A stretch of 37,951 bases of DNA from Niastella sp. (lineage in GTDB: Bacteria; Bacteroidota; Bacteroidia; Chitinophagales; Chitinophagaceae). Each line of letters opens with the position of its first letter. Position 1 is the first letter of the stretch. Where the stretch lies: assembly GCA_021154515.1 (NCBI GenBank), contig JAJKIL010000347.1:1-37951 (forward strand), read 5' to 3'. Below are positions 20,688 to 31,700 of this stretch, in pieces. Below the pieces are notes generated by a model. It saw only the letters and a list, made by a program, of their open reading frames with translations, searched no databases and was not told the origin of the DNA. Position numbers and translations under genes: made by a program.

Positions 20688-23600
20688 ATGTTCTTTCAGA
20701 AGGAATTAAAGGCTGCACTGGCAGAAGGAAACAGCAAGGCGGCCATCGAATACGATGGGAAATCGATTGCCCGTTCGGCACTGTACCAGACTTCAGAAGC
20801 CATAACAGCATGCCTGTTGAGCAAGGGAGTGGAAAAGGAAACCGTCATAGGGATCCTGCTAAACGACAGGGTCGATCTGATCAGCGCTATGATCGGTGTG
20901 ATCAATGCCAGGTGCGTTTTCGTGTTGATCGACAGCAAATGGCCAGCTGCCCGAAGGGCTTCCCTCATCAGCGACCTGGACCTGCAGCACCTCATCTGTC
21001 CCCGCTCCACCGGAGAATTACCTGTTGCGGAAATCTATTATTTTGAAGATATCATTTCTTCTGTCCTGCCTCCTTACGACGAGCCTGCCTATGACGGTGG
21101 GGACAGCCTGTACATTTATTTTACTTCAGGTTCTACCGGTAGGCCCAAGGGGATCGTAGGCAGGAACGACAGTCTGCTGCACTTTATAAAATGGGAGATC
21201 GATGAATTCGGTCTGAACAGCGACTGCCGGTGCAGTCAGTTCATCAGCCCCTTTTTTGATGCTTTCCTCCGGGATATCTTTGTTCCATTGCTGGCAGGCG
21301 GAACTATTTGCATACCTCCGCCAGAAGATGATTTTCTCCAGCCGCTTAACCTGATCGACTGGATCGATGGGGAGCGGATCACCCAGATCCATTGCGTTCC
21401 AAGCCTGTTTCGCACCATCATTGTTGAAAACCTGCTTCCCAACAGGTTCATAAGTTTGAAGTACATCCTGCTGTCAGGAGAAAAAATAATCCCTTCGGAA
21501 TTGATTCGCTGGTATGCTGTCTTCCACGACAGGATACAACTGGTCAATTTATATGGACCTTCGGAAACCACCATGATCAGGTCCTGTTACAGGCTAATGC
21601 CGGCCGATGCCCATCAGTCGAGGATTCCGATCGGTTATCCTATTTCCGGTACTACATTCTTCCTTTTCGATAAAAACGGCAGACCATGTAGTACACTCGT
21701 TCCAGGTGAACTGTATATTCAAACCGCTTATAGTACTAAAGGGTATCTCAATGCGCCGGAACTGACGGGCGAAAAATTCGTGGTTGTCAACCCGGATGAG
21801 CCGGATGAAAAGATTTGTTTTAAAACGGGTGATATCGCCCGGCGATTGCCCGATGGCAGATTGGATCTAATCGGCAGGGAAGACAGACAGATCAAACTAA
21901 ACGGCATTCGTATAGAACCTGATGAAATTGAAACAGCGCTTATCCGTTCCGGCCTGGTAAAAAGCGCCGTCGTTGTCCTGCAGAACGGGCAAAACGGTCG
22001 GGCCGGAAATGGCTCATTGATTGCCTTTGTTATTACATCCTTTCCTACGGATACTCATCCTGATGGCGGAATAGAAACGGCCTTGCGCCAGTATCTGGAA
22101 GCCGGGCTGCCTGCCTATATGATACCTGCGGCTATCGTGCCGGTAGCCGAATACCCTTTGCTGAGCAACGGTAAAATTAATTATGCGGCCCTTGCAACCG
22201 CACCCATTCACAAAGAGATCATCGCGCCTGCCGATGAAACCGAGGAACGATTGCTGTCTGTCTGGAAAAGCCTCCTGGGCGACAAACCAATTTCGACTGA
22301 TGATACTTTTAATGTAGCTGGCGGCAGCTCGTTAACCATGATGCAACTTATCAGCAGGATTGTCCGGGAATTTGATGTCCGAATCACGCTGAGCGAATTA
22401 TTTAATAACCTGACCATTCAGAAGCAGGCAGCACGCATCCGGCAAGCTGAAAAACAACAGTTGGTCAACATGGCACCGGCGCCAATCCAAACTTCGTACC
22501 CTATTACGCCGACCCAGCGACGACTATGGATCCTAAGCCAGTCTGATGAAGGGAATATCGCTTATAATATGCCGGCAGCCTACCTGTTCGATGGAGAGGT
22601 AGACCGGGCAGCATTGGAACAGGCTTTTGCCAGGATGATCGAACGGCATGAGAGCCTGCGTACCGTATTCAGAGAAGATGAGCAGGGCACCGTCAGACAA
22701 TATATCCTTTCACCGGAAGAAGCAGGATTTCATTTGTCTCTCCGGGATCTGCGCGAAGAACGCGAACAGCAGGTAAGGCAATTGGTACAGGATGAATTCA
22801 GCCGGCCTTTCGATCTGGCAAAAGGCCCATTGCTCCGGGCAGTTTTGTACCGGGTGGAAACCGGTAAATGGATCTTTGTTTATAACATGCACCATATCAT
22901 CAGCGACGGCTGGTCGATGAATATCCTGATCCAGGAATTGTTGCAATACTATAATGCAGCCATCAATAACAGCGACGCATCCCTGGCTCCTCTTGCCATT
23001 CAATATAAAGATTATGCGGTGTGGCAACAGGAGCAACTAAGCGCAGAACGGCTGAAAAAGATAAAGACCTGGTGGCTGCAACAATTTGAAGACGAAATAC
23101 CAGTATTGGATCTGCCGGGAGACCGGGCACGTCCTGCTGTAAAAACATATAATGGGGCAATGATCCAGGCAAGGCTCAATCACGGATTGAGCAGGAAATT
23201 CAATGCCCTGTGTCAGCAACAGGAGGCAACCCTGTTTATGGGGCTGCTTGCAGTAGTAAATACATTATTATTCAGATATACCAACCAGCACGATATTGTC
23301 ATCGGCAGTCCTGTTGCCGGAAGAGAGCACCCTGATCTGGAGAACCAGATCGGCCTGTATTTGAATACGCTTGCATTCAGAACGCGTTTCCGGGAAACAG
23401 ATAGTTTTATCAAGCTGCTGAAGAACGTTCGGCATGTGACCCTGGGCGCATTGGAACACCAGCTATACCCTTTCGATGAATTGATAGACGAGCTGGACAT
23501 GCATCATGACAGAAGCAGAAATCCCCTGTTCGACGTACTGCTTGTATTGCAGCCCGCCACCACGCACCAGCCAGGAGGCGCGCAGCTGGGCAGTGTAAAC

Positions 23601-26600
23601 GTAAGCAGCTATGAAGGGGCGGAACCGGTTGCCAATAAATTTGACCTCACCTTTGTCTTTGTCGGATTTGAAGACGATCTTCAGGTGAACATCGGATATA
23701 ACAGTGATATTTTTGATAGCAGCACAATAGAACGGCTGGTCTTACACCTGCAGACATTGCTGTCCGCCATCCTGCAGGATCCCCGTTTGCCGGTAAAGGA
23801 ACTAGTGTATACCAGCCCGAAAGAGAGAGAACAGATCATCAGCATTTTTAACAGGGAAGACAAGGTCTATTCCGGCAATAAGACAGTTGTAGACCTGTTT
23901 GAAGAGCAGGTGATCCGATCGCCTGATAAGAACGCGATTGTTTTTGGAGAGGATACGCTTAGTTACGTGGAATTAAATGAGAAGGCCAACCAGCTGGCGC
24001 ACTATTTAATAAACCAGTACCAGATCGGAGCGAATGACCTGGTGGGTATCTTACTTAATCGGTCGCCACAGTTTTTCATCGCATTGATGGGTATTTTGAA
24101 ATCCGGCGGCGCATACCTGGTGCTGGACCCGGACCTTCCTGCAGCAAGAAAGGAATTCATGATAAAGGATGCGGGCATCAGAGCGCTCGTAACACAGGCG
24201 GATTATGCAGCAGCGCTTACAGGTTCTAAAGAAAATCCTCCTGTCAGTCGCGAAGTAAGCGACCTGGCTTATGTCTTATATACATCAGGATCCACCGGCC
24301 TTCCCAAAGGCGTAATGATAGCACATCGGTCACTGGTAGATTATTTTTATGGCATCGTGGATGCCACCAATATCAGCAGTTGTGCAACCTTTGGTCTGGT
24401 ATCAACACTTGCGGCTGACCTGGGGAATACCGTTATCTATCCTTCCCTGCTGTTGGGAGGAACCCTGCATGTATATTCAGCAACAGACGTCATGCAGCCG
24501 GATAAAATGAGTGTTCAGTTGCTGGATTGTCTGAAAATAGTACCCTCACACTGGCGGGCATTGCAGCACGGCGATACAGTATGGGCCCCTGCCAAATGTT
24601 TGATCTTTGGCGGAGAAGCATTGACGGAAGATGTTATCGGTCTCCTGAAGACGCATCATGAGGATTGCGCCGTATACAATCATTACGGTCCAACGGAAAC
24701 AACTATAGGAAAATTGCTGAAGCGGATCTCGCTCCCGGAGAGTGCCGGCAGGGTCGCGTTGGGTTCCCCCTTTTGTAATAGTCGTGTCTATATTGTAGAC
24801 AGCAGCAGGCAACTTTGCCCGGTCGGGATTCCTGGAGAAATTTGCATCTCGGGTACAGGGGTCGCACGGGGATATTTGAATCGGCCGGATTTAACAAGTG
24901 AAAAGTTTGTAGCCAGTCCTTTCAGGGAAGGCGAAGTAATATATAGAACAGGAGATCTGGGCAGGTGGCTTCCCGGTGGCGAGATCGAATATCTCGGCCG
25001 TACAGATGACCAGGTAAAGATCCGCGGTTATCGTATCGAGCCGGGCGAGATCGAACGTGTATTGTGTCAGCATGAAAACATTCGTTCGGCCTTCGTATTG
25101 GCCAAACCGGTTCCGGGAGGAGAAAAAGAGTTAATAGCCTGGTACTGCGGGCATGTGGAAGCTATCCAACACTGGCTTGGTAGCAAACTGCCGGCCTATA
25201 TGATACCGCAGCGATTCATTGAACTGGCAGAAATGCCTTTAACAGCAAATGGCAAGATAGACAGGAGACGGTTACCCGACCCTGTGAGTGCGCCGGTGGC
25301 AGACGAAGCAGGTTACCGGGCGCCCCGTACGGCAACCGAGCAAGGGCTTGCTGTCATCTGGCATGACCTGTTAAGCAGGGACAGGATCGGGTATAAAGAT
25401 GATTTTTTTGCATTGGGCGGTCATAGTTTAAAAGTGATGCGCCTGGTCAGCCGTATTCACCAGCAATTCGGAGTGGCCATCGGGTTTAAGGACCTTTTTT
25501 CAACAACCGTACTGGAAGATCAGGCCATGTTGATCGCGAAGGCGCAACAAGCAGTCTTTGTGCAGATACCGCTGGCGGCGCATAGTAATGGTTATCCATT
25601 GTCTTCTGCCCAACGCCGCCTATGGATTTTAAGTCAGTTTGAAGGCGGTAATACAGCCTATAACGTATCCGGGGCGTATGTATTGGAAGGAGACTTACAG
25701 CGGTCATCGCTGGAATATGCTTTCAACAGCCTCATCACCCGGCATGAAACGCTGAGGACGGTATTCCGGCAGGACGGGGATGGCGCTGTCAGACAATATA
25801 TCCTTTCACCGGAAGGGGTTGGGTTCAGGCTGGTGTATAGTGATTTGCGTCAGCATGGGCAGCAGGCGTATGAGCAGGAGATGGGTGAATCATTCCGGCA
25901 ACCCTTTGATCTGGCAACCGGACCACTGATACGCGCGCATCTATACCAAACAGGAGACCACAAGTACTTCTTTACATATAGCATGCATCATATTATCAGC
26001 GATGCATGGTCGAAAAGCATATTCTTCCGGGAGTTACTGGCATTTTATGAAAGCCACCGGCAAAGCGGCATCAGCCCGCTCCCGCCATTGCGGATCCAGT
26101 ACAAGGATTATGCTGTGTGGCAGCAGGGGCAATTGAGCGAAAAAACAAAAGCCGGTCATAAAGCATATTGGCTGAATCAGCTGGGAGGTGCATTACCGGT
26201 ATTGGAGCTGCATGGAGACAGGCCCCGTCCTGAGGTAAAAACCTATAAAGGAGGGGCTATCCAAAAGACATGGAAGACAGCACAAAACGAGGGGCTGCAA
26301 AAGCTATGCGTTCAACAAGGCTGCACCTTATACATGGGGTTGCTGGCGCTGGTCAATACCTTATTGTACCGGTATACTACACAGCAGGATATCCTTATTG
26401 GCAGCCCAACGGCAGGAAGGGACCACACAGATCTGGACAATCAGATTGGGTTTTATGTGAACACATTGGTATTGCGAACGCAGTTCCGGGGTGAAGAATC
26501 TTTTCTTGCCTTGCTTGAAACAATAAAACAGATTACACTGGATGCATTTGAGCACCAGGCCTATCCATTTGATGAACTGATCAATGACCTGGGTTTGCAA

Positions 26601-28730
26601 AGAGACATGAGCCGAAGTGTCTTATTTGACGTGATGGTCGTATTGCAAAATACGGAGCTCGACCAACTCAACAGACAAAATACTCAGGCCGCACTGCAAG
26701 TCACCGAACTCCGGGGAGGGGAGCAGGTATACAGCAAGTTCGATCTCTTATTCAATTTCCTGGAAAAAGATGCGGGTATCGATCTCCGTATCGAATACAA
26801 TAGCGATCTGTTCGACCAGGCCACCATTCTTCGGTTGGGAGATCACCTGGAAGCATTGCTGGAAGACATCCTGGTACGGCCATCCATCCCGCTTCAGCAA
26901 CTGGACTATTTGCGGCAGGAGGAAAAACGTGCCCTTTCGGAGGGTTTCAATAACACTTCAGTCGCCTGGCCAAAGGATAAGACCGTGACGGAGCTTTTTG
27001 AAGAACAGGCAGCGCTGATGCCGGATAAGATGGCATTGGCATTTGACAACCGGGAATGGTCGTACAGGGCCCTGAATGAAAGAGCCAATCAACTGGCAGC
27101 CTGGTTAAGACACCAATATGCCATCAGGGCCGATGATCTGATCGGAATACACCTCGAACGGAGTGACTGGCTGCTGATCGTCATATTGGGTGTATTGAAA
27201 TCCGGCGCAGGCTATGTTCCCGTTGATGCAAACTATCCAAAGGATACAATCGAACATATTCTGGCGGAGAGTAAATGCAAAATATTGATCGATGAAGCCA
27301 TGCTGGAAGAGATCAAAGCCGTAACAGAGCATTGGCCAAAGGAAGATCTGACGGCTATTGCATCACCGGCCAGCCTGGCCTATGTAATGTACACCTCTGG
27401 TTCTACCGGCCAACCCAAAGGCGTAATGGTGGAGCACAGGAGCGTTGTGCGACTGGTAAAACCGGCGAATTATGCTGAATTGAGCGAAAGGGAAATACTG
27501 CTATCCACCGGCGCCGTCGCATTTGATGCCACCACCTTTGAATACTGGGGGATGCTGCTGAACGGAGGCAGCCTGATCATGTGCAGCAAGGATGTGTTGT
27601 TAGATGCTGCACAGTTAAAAAGCCTCATAAGAAACCGCGGGGTCACCACCATGTGGTTCACCGCTGGCTGGCTGAACCAACTGATTGAAGAGGATATCGA
27701 GGTCTTTCGCGGTTTGCGGACCCTGCTGGCCGGCGGAGATAAACTATCGGCCGTGCATATTAATAATCTTTTGCGTTGTTATCCCATACTGAAAATAGTG
27801 AATGGATATGGCCCTACGGAGAATACCACTTTCTCACTGACATATCCGATCGAAAAGGAGACAACAGACATTCCTGTAGGGCGGCCCATTAATAATAGTA
27901 CGGCCTATATTCTCGATAAGCGGCTGCAGCTTTGCCCTGTCGGTGTCACCGGTGAGATCTGCGTGGGAGGAATAGGATTAGGACGGGGATATCTGAATAA
28001 TGAAGAACTGACAAGAGAGAAATTCATTCCACATCCATGGTTGCCGGGAGAAAGGATCTACAAGACGGGTGATCTGGGGCGATGGCTGCCGGATGGCAAT
28101 ATTGCTTTTGCCGGACGAAAAGACGAACAGGTCAAGATCCGCGGATACCGCATAGAACCCGGAGAGATAGAGAAGGCATTACAGAGTCATCCGGACATAG
28201 ATTCAGCTGTGGTCATTGCAAAAGTAAAGCCTTCCGGGGAGAAGGAGCTTGTTGCCTACCTTACAGGTAAGAACACCCTCACCGCCCCGGCTATACATGC
28301 GCATCTAAGCCGGATTGTTCCCGCCTACATGCTCCCTGGTTACTATGTCCTGCTCTCCGCATTCCCATTAACGCCCAATGGCAAGATAGATAGAAGGGCG
28401 TTACCCGACCCCGAAGGCCGGAGCCTGCTATCGGACACAGAATTTGTTGCTCCCCGCAACGACATCGAAGAAAAACTGGTCGCTATCTGGCAGCAGATCC
28501 TGGGTAAGGACCGGATAGGCGTAAAAGATAATTTTTTTGAGATCGGCGGTCACAGCCTCAAGGTGACACAGCTTATTTCAAGGATCAACAGCAGCTTCCT
28601 CGTACAGATCAGGATACAAAGCATATTCAGGGAGCCGACAATAGAAAATATAGCAGTGCAGATCGATTTTATCCTTGACCAAAAGAAACAAAAACAAAAT
28701 AAAGAGAAACTAACGGAGATAGAACTATGA
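20688..28730 (+). CDS. NRPS2; A(DARH-type)-T-C-A(Asp)-T-C-A(Val)-T
   Basis: Starts directly with an A domain. Three TSGSTG A3 motifs; T motifs GGSSL, GGHSL, GGHSL; two LCL-type C domains (HHIISDGWS, HHIISDAWS). Hand-read codes DARHLSLMIK, DLTKIGHIGK (Asp) and DAFWLGGTFK (Val). Confidence 0.97.
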   Translation: MFFQKELKAALAEGNSKAAIEYDGKSIARSALYQTSEAITACLLSKGVEKETVIGILLNDRVDLISAMIGVINARCVFVLIDSKWPAARRASLISDLDLQHLICPRSTGELPVAEIYYFEDIISSVLPPYDEPAYDGGDSLYIYFTSGSTGRPKGIVGRNDSLLHFIKWEIDEFGLNSDCRCSQFISPFFDAFLRDIFVPLLAGGTICIPPPEDDFLQPLNLIDWIDGERITQIHCVPSLFRTIIVENLLPNRFISLKYILLSGEKIIPSELIRWYAVFHDRIQLVNLYGPSETTMIRSCYRLMPADAHQSRIPIGYPISGTTFFLFDKNGRPCSTLVPGELYIQTAYSTKGYLNAPELTGEKFVVVNPDEPDEKICFKTGDIARRLPDGRLDLIGREDRQIKLNGIRIEPDEIETALIRSGLVKSAVVVLQNGQNGRAGNGSLIAFVITSFPTDTHPDGGIETALRQYLEAGLPAYMIPAAIVPVAEYPLLSNGKINYAALATAPIHKEIIAPADETEERLLSVWKSLLGDKPISTDDTFNVAGGSSLTMMQLISRIVREFDVRITLSELFNNLTIQKQAARIRQAEKQQLVNMAPAPIQTSYPITPTQRRLWILSQSDEGNIAYNMPAAYLFDGEVDRAALEQAFARMIERHESLRTVFREDEQGTVRQYILSPEEAGFHLSLRDLREEREQQVRQLVQDEFSRPFDLAKGPLLRAVLYRVETGKWIFVYNMHHIISDGWSMNILIQELLQYYNAAINNSDASLAPLAIQYKDYAVWQQEQLSAERLKKIKTWWLQQFEDEIPVLDLPGDRARPAVKTYNGAMIQARLNHGLSRKFNALCQQQEATLFMGLLAVVNTLLFRYTNQHDIVIGSPVAGREHPDLENQIGLYLNTLAFRTRFRETDSFIKLLKNVRHVTLGALEHQLYPFDELIDELDMHHDRSRNPLFDVLLVLQPATTHQPGGAQLGSVNVSSYEGAEPVANKFDLTFVFVGFEDDLQVNIGYNSDIFDSSTIERLVLHLQTLLSAILQDPRLPVKELVYTSPKEREQIISIFNREDKVYSGNKTVVDLFEEQVIRSPDKNAIVFGEDTLSYVELNEKANQLAHYLINQYQIGANDLVGILLNRSPQFFIALMGILKSGGAYLVLDPDLPAARKEFMIKDAGIRALVTQADYAAALTGSKENPPVSREVSDLAYVLYTSGSTGLPKGVMIAHRSLVDYFYGIVDATNISSCATFGLVSTLAADLGNTVIYPSLLLGGTLHVYSATDVMQPDKMSVQLLDCLKIVPSHWRALQHGDTVWAPAKCLIFGGEALTEDVIGLLKTHHEDCAVYNHYGPTETTIGKLLKRISLPESAGRVALGSPFCNSRVYIVDSSRQLCPVGIPGEICISGTGVARGYLNRPDLTSEKFVASPFREGEVIYRTGDLGRWLPGGEIEYLGRTDDQVKIRGYRIEPGEIERVLCQHENIRSAFVLAKPVPGGEKELIAWYCGHVEAIQHWLGSKLPAYMIPQRFIELAEMPLTANGKIDRRRLPDPVSAPVADEAGYRAPRTATEQGLAVIWHDLLSRDRIGYKDDFFALGGHSLKVMRLVSRIHQQFGVAIGFKDLFSTTVLEDQAMLIAKAQQAVFVQIPLAAHSNGYPLSSAQRRLWILSQFEGGNTAYNVSGAYVLEGDLQRSSLEYAFNSLITRHETLRTVFRQDGDGAVRQYILSPEGVGFRLVYSDLRQHGQQAYEQEMGESFRQPFDLATGPLIRAHLYQTGDHKYFFTYSMHHIISDAWSKSIFFRELLAFYESHRQSGISPLPPLRIQYKDYAVWQQGQLSEKTKAGHKAYWLNQLGGALPVLELHGDRPRPEVKTYKGGAIQKTWKTAQNEGLQKLCVQQGCTLYMGLLALVNTLLYRYTTQQDILIGSPTAGRDHTDLDNQIGFYVNTLVLRTQFRGEESFLALLETIKQITLDAFEHQAYPFDELINDLGLQRDMSRSVLFDVMVVLQNTELDQLNRQNTQAALQVTELRGGEQVYSKFDLLFNFLEKDAGIDLRIEYNSDLFDQATILRLGDHLEALLEDILVRPSIPLQQLDYLRQEEKRALSEGFNNTSVAWPKDKTVTELFEEQAALMPDKMALAFDNREWSYRALNERANQLAAWLRHQYAIRADDLIGIHLERSDWLLIVILGVLKSGAGYVPVDANYPKDTIEHILAESKCKILIDEAMLEEIKAVTEHWPKEDLTAIASPASLAYVMYTSGSTGQPKGVMVEHRSVVRLVKPANYAELSEREILLSTGAVAFDATTFEYWGMLLNGGSLIMCSKDVLLDAAQLKSLIRNRGVTTMWFTAGWLNQLIEEDIEVFRGLRTLLAGGDKLSAVHINNLLRCYPILKIVNGYGPTENTTFSLTYPIEKETTDIPVGRPINNSTAYILDKRLQLCPVGVTGEICVGGIGLGRGYLNNEELTREKFIPHPWLPGERIYKTGDLGRWLPDGNIAFAGRKDEQVKIRGYRIEPGEIEKALQSHPDIDSAVVIAKVKPSGEKELVAYLTGKNTLTAPAIHAHLSRIVPAYMLPGYYVLLSAFPLTPNGKIDRRALPDPEGRSLLSDTEFVAPRNDIEEKLVAIWQQILGKDRIGVKDNFFEIGGHSLKVTQLISRINSSFLVQIRIQSIFREPTIENIAVQIDFILDQKKQKQNKEKLTEIEL
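22692..22719 (+). repeat. 28-bp exact repeat, copy 1 (GTCAGACAATATATCCTTTCACCGGAAG), in first C domain of NRPS2
   Basis: Identical to 25788..25815 by direct comparison. Confidence 0.85.
25788..25815 (+). repeat. 28-bp exact repeat, copy 2, in second C domain of NRPS2
   Basis: Identical to 22692..22719. Confidence 0.85.
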
Positions 28731-31700
28731 GAGAGCTACTCAATCGACTGAAGAAGCAGGATATCCTGTTGGAGGTGGTAGATGGCAAATTGAAGTTATT
28801 TGCCAATGACACTAACCTGGACCCCGCCCTGATTGCAGAAGTGAAGGCAAAAAGTAACGAGCTTTTACAGTTTTTATCAAATGCAGACCAGTCCGGTTTC
28901 AACGATTCATACAGCCTGCATATTCCCGCTACACCCGAAGCCGGTCATTATCCTTTGTCATCTTCGCAGGAGATGCTTTGGATAGTATGTCAGCATGAAC
29001 AAAGCAATGTGGGCTATAATATCAGGGAGGTGTATGAGTTCGAAGGACAGCTCGATATAGCCGCTTTATCATCGGCATTCAATAACCTGCTGAAACGGCA
29101 CGAGATCCTTCGAACAGAATTCAGGGAGGACGAAAAGGGAGTAATCAGGCAATTAGTTCGTTCAAAGGAAGAGATTGATTTTAAGATCGGCTATTGGGAT
29201 CTGCGAAACGAAACTGATCAGGAAGCGCAGGTAAGCCGGTTACTCCGCCGGTCATCGCTGATGCCGTTCGATCTTGCTGAAGGACCCTTATTAAGGGCCG
29301 ATTGCTGGCAGATAGAAGATCACCGGTATATCTTCAGCTATGTCATGCATCATATTATCAGTGATGGATGGACCATGGAAATACTGCTAAGGGAATTATT
29401 GCACTATTATAACGCTACACTGCAGGGTGGTTCTGATGACAGACCGCCATTACGGATCCAATACAGGGACTATGTGGCCTGGCTGCAGGAACAGTTGAGC
29501 GGCGCTGCCAAAAGCGCGCATAAGGCTTACTGGCTACAGCAGTTCCAGGGAGACCTTCCTGTACTGGCATTGGAAGGAGATAAACCCAGGCCACCTTTGA
29601 AGACCTATAATGGAGAAGAACTTAGTTTCAGGATCGGTGCCGATACGGCGAAAGGTATCAAAGCTTTGTGTAAAGCGCAGGGCGCCACCTTATTCATGGG
29701 GTTACTGGCAGCAGTAACCGCCTTATTGAACAAATTTACCGGGCAGGAAGATATCGTTATCGGCACCCCGATCGCCGGCAGGGGCCATGCCGATCTGGAA
29801 GACCAGATCGGTTATTATGTAAATACGCTGGCGCTAAGAATGCAATTCAGCCGGAATAATAATTACCGGGCGATGCTTGAAATGGCCAAACAGGTTACGC
29901 TGGGCGCCTACGAACATCAGCTGTATCCTTTCGGAGAACTGGTAGAGGCATTGCATATGCAGCGGGATATGAGTCGTAACCCGCTGTTCGACGTGCAGGT
30001 GATATTGGGACAAAGCGGAATGCTGAAGGCGGAAGATAATTCAATCGCCGGTGGCCTGCAGGTGCGTAACTATGAGGGCGAACAATCGCGTACGAGCCGT
30101 TTTGACATAGTATTTAATTTCGTGGAAGCCGGGGATGAACTGCTCCTGGGCATATTGTATAACAGCGGTATTTACACGCACGAGGGGATAACCCGTTTGG
30201 GCGCTTGCCTGGAGCAATTGATGGCAGCTATCGTAATGAGCCCCGAAACAACTATCGTGTTGCTCGATTGCCTCCATGCAAACGAAAAGCAAAAGATCCT
30301 GACGGATTTTAATGGCGGGCAGCTGGAATACCCTAACAACCAAACCGTGCTGGACCTCTTTAACAAACAGGTATTATTGCATCCTGATCATCCGGCCCTG
30401 GTATTCGAAGGAGAATCGCACACCTATAAAGAGCTGGACAACCTGTCGAACCGACTGGCCGGGTATTTGAAAAAGAATTATGCCATCACAGGCAATGACC
30501 TGATTGGGATCATGGTGGACAGATCGGATAAAATGATCATCGGCATCCTGGGGATCTTAAAGTCGGGTGCGGCTTACGTGCCGGTAGACCCTGACTATCC
30601 CCAGGCCAGAAAAAAATTCATCATCCGGGATACGCAGATAAAAGTATTGTTGACCCAGTCGGATTACCTGTTTGATCTCGACTATTATGACGGGGCTATT
30701 TTTGCTTTGGATATTCAGCTGGATATGCCTGATGACCAACTGGAGTACAGCAATCCCGATCCTGCCCATATAGCCTATATCATTTACACTTCCGGTTCTA
30801 CCGGCAACCCCAAAGGCGTACTGATAGATCATGGCAACCTGATGCATTCCCTGGTGTCCCGGATGGAGATATATCCTGGTGTCCGGAAATTTCTACTAAT
30901 GTCCTCTTATGCATTCGACAGCTCCATAGCAGGCATTTTCGGTACGCTTTGCACAGGCGGTACATTATGCATCATAAAAAAAACAGACACGGCCAATGCC
31001 CATTGGATCGCTGAATATATTGTAAAGAACGGGATCAGTCATTTGCTGACTGTTCCTTCCTTATATCAGGTATTGCTGTCTGAACTGGCCGATACAAACA
31101 ACGCGCTTTCAGTCGTCATCGTGGCAGGAGAAACCTGTTCTGTACAATTGGTAAATTACCATTATAGCCTGTCCGCCATGCAGGATTGTGTCCTGTACAA
31201 CGAATATGGCCCTACGGAAGGCTCCGTATGGAGCAGTGTTTATACATATGAAAAAGGGCAGCAACCTTTTTTAACCATAGGCAAACCGATTCACAATACG
31301 CAAATGTATATTCTCCGGGATGGCGTATCAGTCCTTCCGGTAGGCTTACCGGGAGAAATTTGCATAGGTGGAAGGGGTGTGGCCAGCGGATATTTAAATC
31401 AACCGTACCTGACCGCAAAGAAGTTTGTTACCAATCCCTTCAAAGCGGGTGAACGAATGTACAGGACCGGTGACCTGGGAAAATGGTTGCCGGACGGAAA
31501 CATCGTTTTCATGGGACGTATGGACGACCAGGTAAAAATAAGAGGCTATCGGGTAGAACTGGGAGAGGTGGAAAACGCATTGCAAACACATGCGTCCATC
31601 GATGCTGCCATCGTAGTGGCCAGACCCGATAAAGAAGGAAATAAGGAATTGGCGGCGTTTGTGACCGGTCCGGATACACTAACGGTGCCGGAAATAAAAG

